The notes beneath the pieces are model-generated. The model was not told the origin of the DNA. It saw only the letters and a program-made list of their open reading frames with translations, and made no database searches. This document shows positions 16,101 through 26,283 of a stretch of 64,000 bases of DNA, one piece after another (the stretch's first letter is position 1; every line of letters starts with the position of its first letter). The position numbers and the translations under genes are program-made. Source of the DNA: Eledone cirrhosa. Lineage: Eukaryota. Location: contig OZ024751.1 of assembly GCA_964016885.1 (NCBI GenBank), positions 52,948,001 through 53,012,000 on the forward strand. Reading direction: 5' to 3'.

Positions 16101-16885
16101 TTTATTTCCCTGTGTTTCCCTCTATAACACACTTTCCTCTCAGCCTTTATTTCTCTGTGTTTCTCTCTATAACACACTTTCCTCTCAGCCTTTATTTCCC
16201 TGTGTTTCTCTCCATAACACACTTTCCTCTCAGCCTTTATTTCCCTGTGTTTCTCTCTATAACACACTTTCCTCTCAGCCTTTATTTCCCTGTGTTTCCC
16301 TCTATAACACACTTTCCTCTCAGCCTTTATTTCCCCGTGTTTCTCTCTATAACACACTTTCCTCTCAGCCTTTATTTCCCCGTGTTTCCCTCTATAACAC
16401 ACTTGTCTCTCAGCCTTTATTTCCCTGTGTTTCCCTCTATAACACAATTTCCTCTCAGCCTTTATTTCCCTGTGTTTCTCTCTATAACACAGTTTCCTCT
16501 CAGCCTTTATTTCCCTGTGTTTCTCTCTATAACACACTTTCCTCTCAGCCTTTATTTCCCTGTGTTTCCCTCTATAACACACTTTCCTCTCAGCCTTTAT
16601 TTCCCTGTGTTTCCCTCTATAACACACTTTCCTCTCAGCCTTTATTTCCCCGTTTTTCTCTCTATAACACACTTTCTTCTCAGCCTTTATTTGCCTGTGT
16701 TTCTCTCTATAAGACACTTTCCTCTCAGCCTTTATTTCCCTGTGTTTCCCTCTATAACACACTTTCCTCTCAGCCTTTATTTCCCTGTGTTTCCCTCTAT
16801 AACACACTTTCCTCTCAACCTTTATTTCCCTGTGTTTCCCTCTATAACACACTTTCCTCTCAGCCTTTGTTATTTCTCTCTGTTT
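10136..16885. repeat. 45-bp pyrimidine-rich satellite (TATAACACACTTTCCTCTCAGCCTTTATTTCCCTGTGTTTCTCTC)n, ~150 copies, with a 2114-bp higher-order duplication
   Basis: Unit read directly. Identical ORF-track translations recur at a 2114-bp offset (11533/13647, 11566/13680, 11814/13928). Confidence 0.97.
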
Positions 16886-17029
16886 AAACTCTTCCTCTCT
16901 GTTGCTGTTGTCATTGGCATCATCATATGAATCATCACATTCTTCTTCATCATTTTCACCACCATCTTCATGATCTTTATCAGGTTTATAGATCTCTGTG
17001 AACACTGCTATCATAATGACAAATATTGT

Positions 17030-17098
17030 CACCATCATCACCACACCACCACCACCACCACCACCACCACCATCATCACCACCACCATCATCATCAAT
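17030..17098. repeat. (CAC)n/(CAT)n microsatellite
   Basis: Direct reading. Confidence 0.9.
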
Positions 17099-17126
17099 CA
17101 ACATTTTTACTTAAGAATTTTCTGTT

Positions 17127-17261
17127 ATGTTCCAAACAGTAGCTTAACAATGGAGAAATTAGTTATTTTATTAAACCTCTACAAATTCTTGATTATTAAA
17201 AACATTAATTGAAACATATGTATGGCATGTTTCATTAGAAATACGGTGATGAAAGGGTTGA
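17127..17261. mobile_element. Fragment of an AT-rich MITE-like dispersed repeat (second diverged copy at ~21093-21220)
   Basis: Both copies share TATG(T/C)TCCAA..CTTAA(C/T)AATG..AGTT..ATT..ATTCTTGATTATT..TTGAA..TTTCATTA..AAAGGGTTGA/AAAGGAGTTAA. The end resembles an AAAGGG-TTAA piggyBac-type terminus. Confidence 0.55.
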
Positions 17262-17517
17262 AAGGCTGCTAGATTACTAAGCAGTTGGTAAATTCAGACT
17301 CTGTGACAGATGTTATTGTTAATCTCTCTAGACAAGGTACATCACTCTTATTACTGCAGTCTGCCTAGCTGAACATAAGGGCCACCAATTCTCTTTACAA
17401 TTGAAATTTATACACTTTGATAAAACATTCAAATGTATTACTGACTATGAATACCATCAAGATTAGGAATAAAATAAACATACACACGTGCACATATTTT
17501 AATAGTTTAAATTTAGC

Positions 17518-17640
17518 ATGGTTTCTACATCTGGGTGTCCTTCCTAAAGCCAACCACTTCAGAGTGTACTGGGTGTGTTTTATTGTCTCACCAGCACTAC
17601 TACTTGACAGAGTGTACTGGGTGCACTTTATTGTGGCCCT
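17518..17640 (-). mobile_element. Degenerate RTE-associated repeat module (GGATGCCCTTCCTAA..CCAACCAC family); related copy at ~23483-23695
   Basis: Similar to the LINE 3' region at 26400-26470 and to 31495-31555. The GTGTACTGGGTG..TTTTAT part is tandemly repeated. Confidence 0.6.
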
Positions 17641-18069
17641 ATATATGTAGGTTTGTGTGTGTGTGTGTATGTTTATAATATATATATGTGTGTGTGAAGG
17701 CGCAAATGAGGTCTGGGATCTTGTCGATTGACTGTCGATGTATATCTATATATATATATAATCATTTTATTAAAGCTAAATAGTTGTGTTTTGCCTGCTT
17801 CTTGCAGGGTCATCAGATAAGAACATATATTGCTGACCTTGTGCCTAAATTCGAAATTAATATATATTACATCATCCTGGTTGTTAACAAGGTTATTTGA
17901 GTAAAGTAGGAACTTGTTTCTGTATGAATCATTAGAGAACGTTCCTTCCTATACTTGGATCTCTCTTGAAGTTGGTTTCATGTGAAAGGTGCTTAATATT
18001 TTAATCTAGGCTTGATCTGGAGTAATTCCTTGGCGCAAGGCTAGCAATATGAGGAAAATGAATGTTGCT

Positions 18070-18230
18070 TATATTGACCCCAGTATTTAACAGGAATTTA
18101 TTTTATTGAGGCCATGAAGAATGAAAATCAAAGTTGACCATGGCAGGATTTGAACTCAGAATGTAGAAAGTTGTAACTAAATATTGCAAAGCAATTTGTC
18201 TGATGCTCTACCGATTCTGGCAACTGGCAA
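18070..18230 (-). mobile_element. tRNA-derived SINE copy (antisense)
   Basis: Reverse complement matches the SINE at 25171-25356 (TCTGAGTTCAAATCCTGCCATGGTCAACTTTG). Confidence 0.7.
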
Positions 18231-18273
18231 TCAACTGGCCTCAGATTTGAGATAAGGAAATTTGTGTGTCACT

Positions 18274-18276
18274 GTC

Positions 18277-18370
<94 letters not shown>

Positions 18371-18373
18371 TCT
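18274..18373. repeat. (CT)n microsatellite
   Basis: Direct reading; source of the ER/SL-repeat ORFs. Confidence 0.95.
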
Positions 18374-19058
18374 GTATGTGTGATTGTGTGTGGTTGTTGA
18401 GAGGCTGCAGACATTTTTTGTCTGTTTTTTTTCGTGACACACACACACACACAAACTGTCATGAGTTTAAAATATTGTAAATGTAATACTAAAATATAAC
18501 AGTTAAAGAGCATATGATGCTGAGACTACTACTACTACTACTACTACTACCACGACCACCACCACTGCTGCTGCTGCTGCTGCACCATAATGTTATAAAC
18601 AAGGACTCCCACCTCCCCTTTTACAATTGCTTGAATGTTTGAAGAGCAAGTTGTTTGGATTATGTCATGTCATATGTAAACACAGGAAGTGAAAAATATG
18701 ATGAGGAATGACCCCCAACCCCTAGATGTAGAAGAGTAGAGAGAGAATTAAAGGTTTTAAAATGTATCAGACCCAGTTTCCCTAATACTGGTGTTGTTGT
18801 TTATTTTATATTTGTTGTTTCTCCTTTGCAAGTGTTAACTGACATTGATGTATCTGTCTCGGTAAACACACCATGGCTGAACTGTTTAGAAGTTTCTTTC
18901 ACAACCTTGAGCTTTATAAATTCAATACCATTGTGTGATATCTTGAGCTTGTAGCTTTTGTTGTAGCTTCATGTTCACCTGAGCTTTGTGTCAGAAGGAA
19001 ATTATGTAAAAAAAACTGTCAGATTTATCGTACCTGTTATTCAAATGTCCAACCTGCT

Positions 19059-19410
19059 AAATCTCCCTGAGTAGTATGTTAAAAGTACACGTGTCTGTGG
19101 AATATTGGATTGTACCTGTAATTGAAGGGTTCAACCTTGTCACACATTGTGACAGGTTGAATCTCCCTGAGTAGTATGTTAAAAGTATATGTGTATCTCG
19201 TCTAACCCATGCTAGTGTGGAAAATGGACATAAACGGTAATGATGATGATGTGGAATATTCAGCCACTTAAACTGTAATGCAATATTGATTGTGCTTGTA
19301 ATTCAAAAGTCCAGCCTTGTCACACATTGTGTCATGGTGAATCTCCCTGAGTAGTATGTTAAAAATATGTGTCTGAGGAATGAATACTCAGCCACTTACA
19401 TGTTAATTCA
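19059..19410. repeat. Three ~100-bp tandem units (AATCTCCCTGAGTAGTATGTTAAAA...), the second interrupted by an RTE-type 3' tail at ~19199-19250
   Basis: AATCTCCCTGAGTAGTATGTTAAAA at ~19060, ~19160 and ~19340. The insert is CGTCTAACCCATGCTAGTGTGGAAAATGGACATAAACGGTAATGATGATGAT. Confidence 0.75.
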
Positions 19411-19599
19411 TTGAGTAAGCTATTGACTTTCTTGTTTTATTTGTTCTAACTGTTTTAGTCAGAGAAGGAGAGCAGGATTATAACCCTTTTCAGGGCCTTC
19501 AACTTCAGTGGGAAAGAGGGAGGAGATAGTCTCAAGTCTCAAATGTTTGTAACAGAGTAGACATTGTTAAAGGCATTCAAGAACCAGTTGGTGGTGTTA

Positions 19600-19722
19600 A
19601 ACTGGGCAGTGGATTATATCTTAACACAGAGGTAGACCACAGTAGGGTTTGAACTCAGACTGTAAAGAGCCAGAACGAATACTGCAAGGTCTTTTGTTCA
19701 AACACTCTGACAATTTAGCCAG
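19600..19722 (-). mobile_element. Degenerate tRNA-derived SINE copy (antisense)
   Basis: GGGTTTGAACTCAGA is the reverse-complemented B box region, and the flanks align with 18070-18230. Confidence 0.55.
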
Positions 19723-19889
19723 CCTAGTTCCCTACTTTTTGTCAACCTTGAAAGGATTATTAAAGTACTGGAACATTCATCATTGAAATTGATGGAGGTT
19801 CATTTACTTTGCTATTTCGCATTATATGTTAACTCCTTATTAATATAATTAGGATGTAATGTATCCAGTTTAGAATAGATACACCATAT

Positions 19890-20020
19890 CCGCGTGTGTT
19901 GTAAGAAAAGGCTGAAAGGATTGGTATCAGCAAGAGCATCTGGCTGTAAAACATTGCCTCAAAAAATTCCCATCCAACCCATTCCAATATGGAAAAGTTG
20001 ATATAAAAATGATGATGATA
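19890..20020 (+). mobile_element. Short non-autonomous RTE-related element (TTGG..TCAG.AAG.GCATC..GCTGTAAAA + AACCCAT..CA.TATGGAAAAG..(TGA)n); further copies at 25466-25563 and 29800-29897
   Basis: Three mutually similar copies. Their 3' ends match the LINE 3' terminus at 26281-26340, ending in TGA repeats (the 29800 copy is 3'-truncated). Confidence 0.7.
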
Positions 20021-20063
20021 TTAATATAACCAATACAACCTTTCTTTATTTTTATATTTACAG

Positions 20064-20401
20064 CCTTAAAGAGACAACAGAGTATGACAAATGAACCTGA
20101 CAATTTTGATTATGAGCTCGCCAAGCCTGTGTTCGATCTGGTTGACACGAGTGGTGTTACCACTTCGAGCCAAACAGATTCTACATCAGGCACTAGTATC
20201 CTTGAAGTAGCAACTGTTGAATGCAGCCCAGCCCATGGACGTAGGGTGTCAAATACAATCACTCCTCTCAAACTTCCGGACAACTCTCCCGGTGGCATGA
20301 GAGGACCGATTGCCTCACTGCCCAAACTTCCCGATGGCTCACCATGCAGAGAACGAGACCAGTGTGTTGGTGGAAGTGGTCCTTTATCATCTTCGTTACA
20401 G
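20064..20401 (+). CDS. Internal coding exon A of a probable SHB/SHD/SHE/SHF-like tyrosine-phosphorylated adaptor (..LKRQQSMTNEPDNFDYELAKPV...SSSLQ)
   Basis: Pyrimidine tract + TTTACAG acceptor (AG 20062-63) and CAG|GTAAGA donor (GT 20402). Open frame with coding-like composition. It ends in phase 0, matching the phase-0 start of exon B. Confidence 0.85.
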
Positions 20402-20519
20402 GTAAGACACTATAGTAACATCATTTGTCACATATAAAGTAGTCTTTAATCATATTTGTTAAAGGTAAGACACTGGAGTAACTTCATTTGTCTCTCACAC
20501 ACACACAAATCCTTCATTT

Positions 20520-20617
20520 ATTTTGAGAACAATACCTTAACATAAGTATGAGCAACCGGTTATGGCCAGTTTGAACAAAGAGGGGAGAAAATTCTAACCG
20601 GATACAGCTGGTTTAAA
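20520..20617 (-). mobile_element. Partial copy of the piggyBac-type MITE seen at 29554-29781 and 31950-32168
   Basis: TTTTGAGAACAATACCTTAA(C/A)ATAAGTATGA...GGCCAGT.TGAACA..CCGGATA..G.TTTAAA is shared with 32060-32160. Confidence 0.7.
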
Positions 20618-22408
20618 GTAATCCTAACCAATCAATTGTCTCCTTGAAATCTGGTGATTATATTTGATGCTTTTATTGTACTCAACTGCTTCACCTTTTT
20701 AATACTAAACAGCTTGAAACCATTCCTGGTTCTATGATACAAAGCTGTTTGTTTTAAAGTGTTTATATTTATCTAAACAATGAGGACGAATTGGCAGAGT
20801 GATTAGAATGCTGGATAGATTGTTTTGGTAATTTGTTTTATCAAAGTTGCTAAAAAAATTACCACTCCAATACTTGGGTTGATACTTTCTCTATATCTCT
20901 TTCTCATGTCCTCTCTCTCTCACTCTCTCTCTCCTTCTCTGGAAGAAATTGGTTGTGTCCAGGTCTAGAGAGAAGGGGTGAGTTCTACCAGGTTTAAGGT
21001 GTCCAAGACACACCATATGTCATGATGGAGTTAAGGGTTCACACATCTATCTAAAAATCTTCCGTCATAATTTTATGTGATAACCTTTAAGTTATGCTCC
21101 AACTTAATAATGAGAAAGTTAGTTTTATTACTAAATTCCTCCACATTCTTGATTATTCTCAAAGTGATTTGAATAATATATGCAGTATCTTTCATTATAA
21201 ACATATTACAAAGGAGTTAAGTACTGCCAAATTACAGTAGGCTTTCTCTGTAATATTTCCAATGTAATAGTATCATTTATCTTATATTGTGGCACACAGT
21301 TTTTGTTTCTCTGCATAGCTGCAAGCATGGCTGTCTCATTAAGAAGTATGCTTTACAACCATGTGGTGTTAAGTTCTGCCCTACTGCATGGCACTGTGAA
21401 CAAATGTCTTCTATTATATCCTTGGGCCAATGCCATAACAATGAAATTTGAAGATAGAAATTGTACAAAGCCCTTTTGATAAGTGTATGTATGTTTGACT
21501 CCATGTCTTCACTTAGCATTTAACATTGCATGTGGTGACATTTGTGTATGTTCTGCATAAACAAAACTCCCACAGTTTTGCAGTTTAACATGTGAAAATT
21601 TGCCTCATCATGTCGGTCGCACGTCATTGTCAACTCGGTTATCGTCACGTCTTCTGCCAGCACGCCTTACTTAAAAACTGGTATGAAAAATGTGACTTAA
21701 AAATTATGGTATCTCATTGTTGTTGTTATCTACATTATTTTGTATTTTTAAATATAAGAATCACTCCATTTTATTTTATTTTTTTTAACCTGCCACACTC
21801 ATCAAAGTAACCCTGCCTTCACTTTTTCACTGTATTGCTACATTAAAACAGTTTTATTTCCTTGATTGAGCTTATTACAATGGTCTGAAAGTGGAATACT
21901 TTCATTTTTATAAACAAACTTGCTATCCAAAAGCAAACACATTATAATTAATTTTTGTTTACATTCCTAGTGTTACTTTCATCTTGTATAAATAGTAACC
22001 ATAATGCTCACCCTCCCTTTCATTAGATAGTAGAAATTACATAAATAGGAGTGCCTGTCTTCCACTAAATTATAATCTAGGACTGTAGTAGGCTCTGTTG
22101 AGAAAACTTAGAGTTGGTGAGATTGAGTTTTAAGATGATGACCATAGTGATGATGATGATGATGATGGTAGTGATGGTGATGTTGATGGTGATGATGATG
22201 AAATGAAAAGTAATTCCTATGAAAGAGAATTTTCTTTTGATATGAAGAGTTCACGTCCTGTTTTGTTTTTCTTATTTTTATTTTTCTCTGAACTAATTTC
22301 GAGTTGGTATGATGTCAAGTAGATGTCAGTTGATTAGTCTAAGTAGAAACTAATAGTATATTAGACATCATTGAACTATGTGTATATTTTAGTATTGTAG
22401 TAGTTGGT

Positions 22409-22540
22409 AGTGAATTGGTAAAGTTGCTAAAATGTTGAATCTCTCTCTCTCTCTCTCTGTGCGCGCGCTCTGCTCTGAGTTTAAATCCTGCTGTGGTCAA
22501 CTTTGTCTTTAATCATATCAAGACTGATAAAGCACCAGTG
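22409..22540 (+). mobile_element. Degenerate tRNA-derived SINE interrupted by a (CT)n run
   Basis: GTGAATTGG.. head and CTCTGAGTTTAAATCCTGCTGTGGTCAACTTTGTCTTT, homologous to 25240-25310. Confidence 0.6.
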
Positions 22541-22543
22541 GAT

Positions 22544-22897
22544 TAAGCATGCTCCAATGGATGTGTGATGTTAATGTATGTGAGTGACAAAGCATGAATG
22601 AACTGAGAGAAACACTGGGTATAAGAGAAATCAGATGTAGAGTATAGGAGAGAAGTCTGCACTGGCATGGTCATGAGATGCATGTGGAGGATAATCATTG
22701 GGTGAAAAAGTCCCAAGAAATCTCAGTGGAGGGAGACCAAGGAAGACCTGGACAGAAGTAGTGAGAGCTGATCTCAAATCACTGAAGCTCATAGAGGAGA
22801 TGGACAAAATGTGTGGAAGGATGCTGTGTTGGAAAATACCTATCTAACCCATGTAAGCAGGGAAAAACATGTGAAACAGTGATGAGGATATGATGAT
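22544..22897 (+). mobile_element. Old 5'-truncated RTE LINE fragment (C-terminal ORF remnant + 3' tail)
   Basis: Degenerate translation SML.WMC..N....S.NELRE.LGIR.IRC...ER.L.W.GH.M...D..WVKK..E..VEG..RPRKTW.EVVR.DL..LKL with stops and indels. Ends in CTAACCCATGTAAGCAGGGAAAA..TGATGA. Colinear with 30240-30610 (- strand). Confidence 0.85.
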
Positions 22898-23714
22898 TAG
22901 AGCATTGAATGTGATGGCTTGCAGTGTCTCAGTTCTTTGCATTCTGCATTTCCTTGTGGTAATACTCTCTTGGATAACATTGTTGGTATCGACAGAGGAG
23001 ATTTATATACATGGACAACTGATGGTCTTCCACAAAAAATAAAAATAAAACCTTTCCAGATGCATATTTATGGTCTCATGAGACATAGGTGCTTTTGATA
23101 AGTATTGTGTGTATGAGTGTGTGTGTTTGCATGTAAGTGTGCATGCATGCATGTGAGTGTGTGTTTGTGTGTGCATGGCTTGTCTCAGCTCCAGTTCTAG
23201 TAACAATTTAATTTAGAAAATTTGGCTGGCTTACGTGTGTTTGTTATTGAATTACAAAATAGTTGGGTCTGTGTGATATTTGCTGACATTTTGAAGGTAA
23301 TTTTGTGTGCTTGAATCTTTGACTTTTGATAATTAGTTGAAATTATAGGCTCATATATGCATATGTGTGTGTTTGCAGGCATATTTCTGTGTGTATGTGT
23401 GATCATCATCGGCATTTTGTGTTACAATTTGAGACCAGATGGGTCAAAGAGACCTCATCTTGTTCATGTTTCATATTTAGTATGGTTTCTATAACTAGAT
23501 GCCCTTCAGAATGCCAACCACCTTACAAGGTGTACTGGATATGTTTTATCTTGGCATTAACAAAAAACTTTACATAGTGTACTGGGTACATTTTATCATG
23601 GCGCTAGCACTACCACTTTACAGGGTGTACTAGGAGCATTTTATCATGGCGCCAGCACTAATAGTTTACAGAATGTACTGAGTGCATTTTATCAGCTCTA
23701 GAGAAGTTGTTTAC

Positions 23715-23716
23715 AT

Positions 23717-23776
<60 letters not shown>
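23715..23776. repeat. (TA)n microsatellite (others at ~24199-24330, 25795-25862, 26143-26280, 30155-30200, 30610-30780)
   Basis: Direct reading. Confidence 0.95.
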
Positions 23777-23779
<3 letters not shown>

Positions 23780-24195
23780 TAAGTAACATGAATATGACAA
23801 AATCGCACAGTTAGAGGGTCAACATTTATTATGCAATTGACAGATGCGCGCGTGCACGTGTGTGTATGAGTATGAGATCTATTTAGAGAAACATTCAGCA
23901 GATATGAATTTTAAAAAAAAAAATGGTAGCTTAAAGTTAATAGCGCCAATGCAGGCTTTCTTTTACTATATATTATATATGTAGGTATACATATATCAAA
24001 AGTAAGAGTACAAACCATTCAAGGAGGAGAGATAAGAGATTAGTTGTGAGAATTATAAGCCAGTGGTGAAGAGGACAGTGTGCTCAATGCGCATTAAGTG
24101 CAAGACAAGTGAAAGTAAAGAAAAGAATTATGGTCCGGCCTCTGAAACAATTGTAAACCAATAAATATTTTTTCAAGAATTTGGTTCTGACAATA

Positions 24196-24250
<55 letters not shown>

Positions 24251-24259
24251 GTATGTATG

Positions 24260-24301
<42 letters not shown>

Positions 24302-24423
24302 GTGTGTGTATATATATATACACACACACAGTAATTTGAATGGTTCTTTAAGTATAATATCTTATGATGTGATGTAATGTTTTGTTCCATTTATTGACTT
24401 GGTTACTTTTCTACTTGTTGCAG

Positions 24424-25054
24424 GCTGCTGAACGCCAATATTCCTCCGAACTGGACAGTCATTCTCAATCGTCCGCATCATCCCATCCTAGTAGTCCGAC
24501 TGGAACGACAGTGGAGATGTTATCCGAATCCCCCCCAATACGGGAAGTCACAATGGAATCACAAACATATGAAGAACCTTGGGATTCAGAACTGCGTAAG
24601 AGGCAACTAGAAGAAAAGGTTTCTGCTGCAGGTATTCACTCGTTGCCATCGCCGACTGGTGATGGACGACTGAAATCTCAGCAAGTTGGAACTGGTAACT
24701 ATGAAGAACCTTGGGATCTTGCCCGACGTCAGAAAATATTGCAGGAGAAATTTGGTTTAGCAGAGAAGAGCAATTCTGCTTTGGACTCTGATTACCTTGA
24801 GCCTCGGTCTGTACGAAAGCCACAAGCAAGTAGTAGTATGTATGAAGAGCCATGGGACTCAGCTGCAAAACAAAAAATGTTAGAAGAAAAATTTCAGGCT
24901 TCACATATCAAAACGTCTCCAAAGCATCAAGTTACTGGTGTACCATCATTGTCCAGTGGTAACTGGGCAGCTGGTGATGAATCTGGTCAGGGAAACTACG
25001 AGGTACCATGGGATTATGGAGAACGAGCTAAGGCGATAAATGAGCTGATGACCG
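24424..25054 (+). CDS. Internal coding exon B with four YE(E/V)PWD motifs plus YLEP; SHB/SHD/SHE/SHF-like adaptor
   Basis: TTTTCTACTTGTTGCAG acceptor (24421-23) and ACCG|GTAAGT donor (GT 25055). 631-nt open frame, phase 0 to phase 1. Repeated YxxPW[DE] motifs are characteristic of the SHB adaptor family; the family call is an inference because the SH2 domain is not in the window. Confidence 0.9.
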
Positions 25055-25170
25055 GTAAGTTATGTATAAATCAAATCATATACTTCTTTCTTTACTTGAA
25101 ATATATTCTGTGCTGAGTTACTTTCCCTGCTTCAAATTATGAAGATGGGGCCTGCATTATATTAGATATG

Positions 25171-25356
25171 ACGGTGGATTGGCACTATCGGTAGAGGGTC
25201 GGACGCCATGCTTTGCAGCAAAGAGTTACGGCCCTTTATGGTCTGAGTTCAAATCCCGCCGAGGTTAACTTTGCCTTTCATCCTTACGGGGTCAATAAAA
25301 TAAAGTACCAGTAATACACTAGTATAATTGCTGGTCTTGTGCCAGAAGTAGAAACA
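25171..25356 (+). mobile_element. tRNA-derived SINE with a 15-bp target-site duplication
   Basis: A-box-like TGGCACTATCGG and B box GAGTTCAAATCCC, followed by the body TTTGCCTTTCATCCTTACGGGGTCAATAAAATAAAGTACCAG. Perfect TSD ATTATATTAGATATG at 25156-25170 and 25357-25371. Confidence 0.9.
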
Positions 25357-26137
25357 ATTATATTAGATATGTCACCCATTTATTTTTTACTTTTTTCAAA
25401 CAATTTTTTTAATTACTGCATCATCAACACAACAGTAACGGGCGGAAATGATAATTATTATCTTGTTTGGCATCAGGAGGGGCATCTGGCTGTAAAATAT
25501 TACCTCAAAAAGTCCTGAACAACCCATACCAGTATGGAAAAGTCAACATAAAAATGATGATAATGTGTATAAAATATATATTTTCTCAATTATTTTTACC
25601 ATTCCTTCCGCTTCTCATTTTTTATCTTTCTATTTCATCTTTTATTTCTCATTCTATTTTCTGATGAAGGACTTGTGACTGAAACGTTAAAACTTTTTTT
25701 CCTATTATTTCAAGCGTTAAACTAATATATTTCTTTATTGTGCTGTGTTGTTTGCTGTATTTCTGTTTACTTTTTACATACATACACACACACATATATT
25801 TATATATATATATTTAAAGAGTGATGATATCTATCTATCTATCTATATATATATATATATATAACATTTGAACTTGAACAAATCAATACAATCAAAAGCA
25901 AAAATAGGCGATCTCACAAAGGCAGCTATATAGCTGAGTCCTGTCAATGGGGAACACTGTCCATATTGTATCAATCACCATCTTCGTGCAGATCTTCCAC
26001 ATGGCGAAATCTCAACAATGGTTGCTGAGAGTTGAGATCACGGATATATATACTCCTCAGATATAATGTCACACAGTGATGCAACCCACTAATTCCTACT
26101 CCACACAGCACACTGAGACCTGTTACTTTTCTGACAC

Positions 26138-26187
<50 letters not shown>

Positions 26188-26195
26188 ATATATAT

Positions 26196-26228
<33 letters not shown>

Positions 26229-26237
26229 ATATATATA

Positions 26238-26280
<43 letters not shown>

Positions 26281-26283
<3 letters not shown>

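Noticed and set aside
10136-17104. FPVFLSITHFPLSLY, CYREKHREIKAERKV and SLYNTLSSQPLFPCV repeat ORFs
   Set aside because: The 45-bp unit is a multiple of 3, so several frames are open on both strands, and frequent 1-2-bp indels switch frames.
18231-18513. ER/SL dipeptide ORFs, and YI/IY ORFs at 24094, 26076 and 30005-30906
   Set aside because: Translations of (CT)n and (TA)n microsatellites.
24382-24423. Hydrophobic N-terminus (MFHLLTWLLFYLLQ) of the 244-aa ORF as a signal peptide
   Set aside because: It starts at TTG and is the translated polypyrimidine tract of the intron before the acceptor at 24421-23.
25171-25265. tRNA gene
   Set aside because: A/B boxes are present but there is no convincing cloverleaf; it continues into a SINE body with a TSD and has dispersed degenerate copies.
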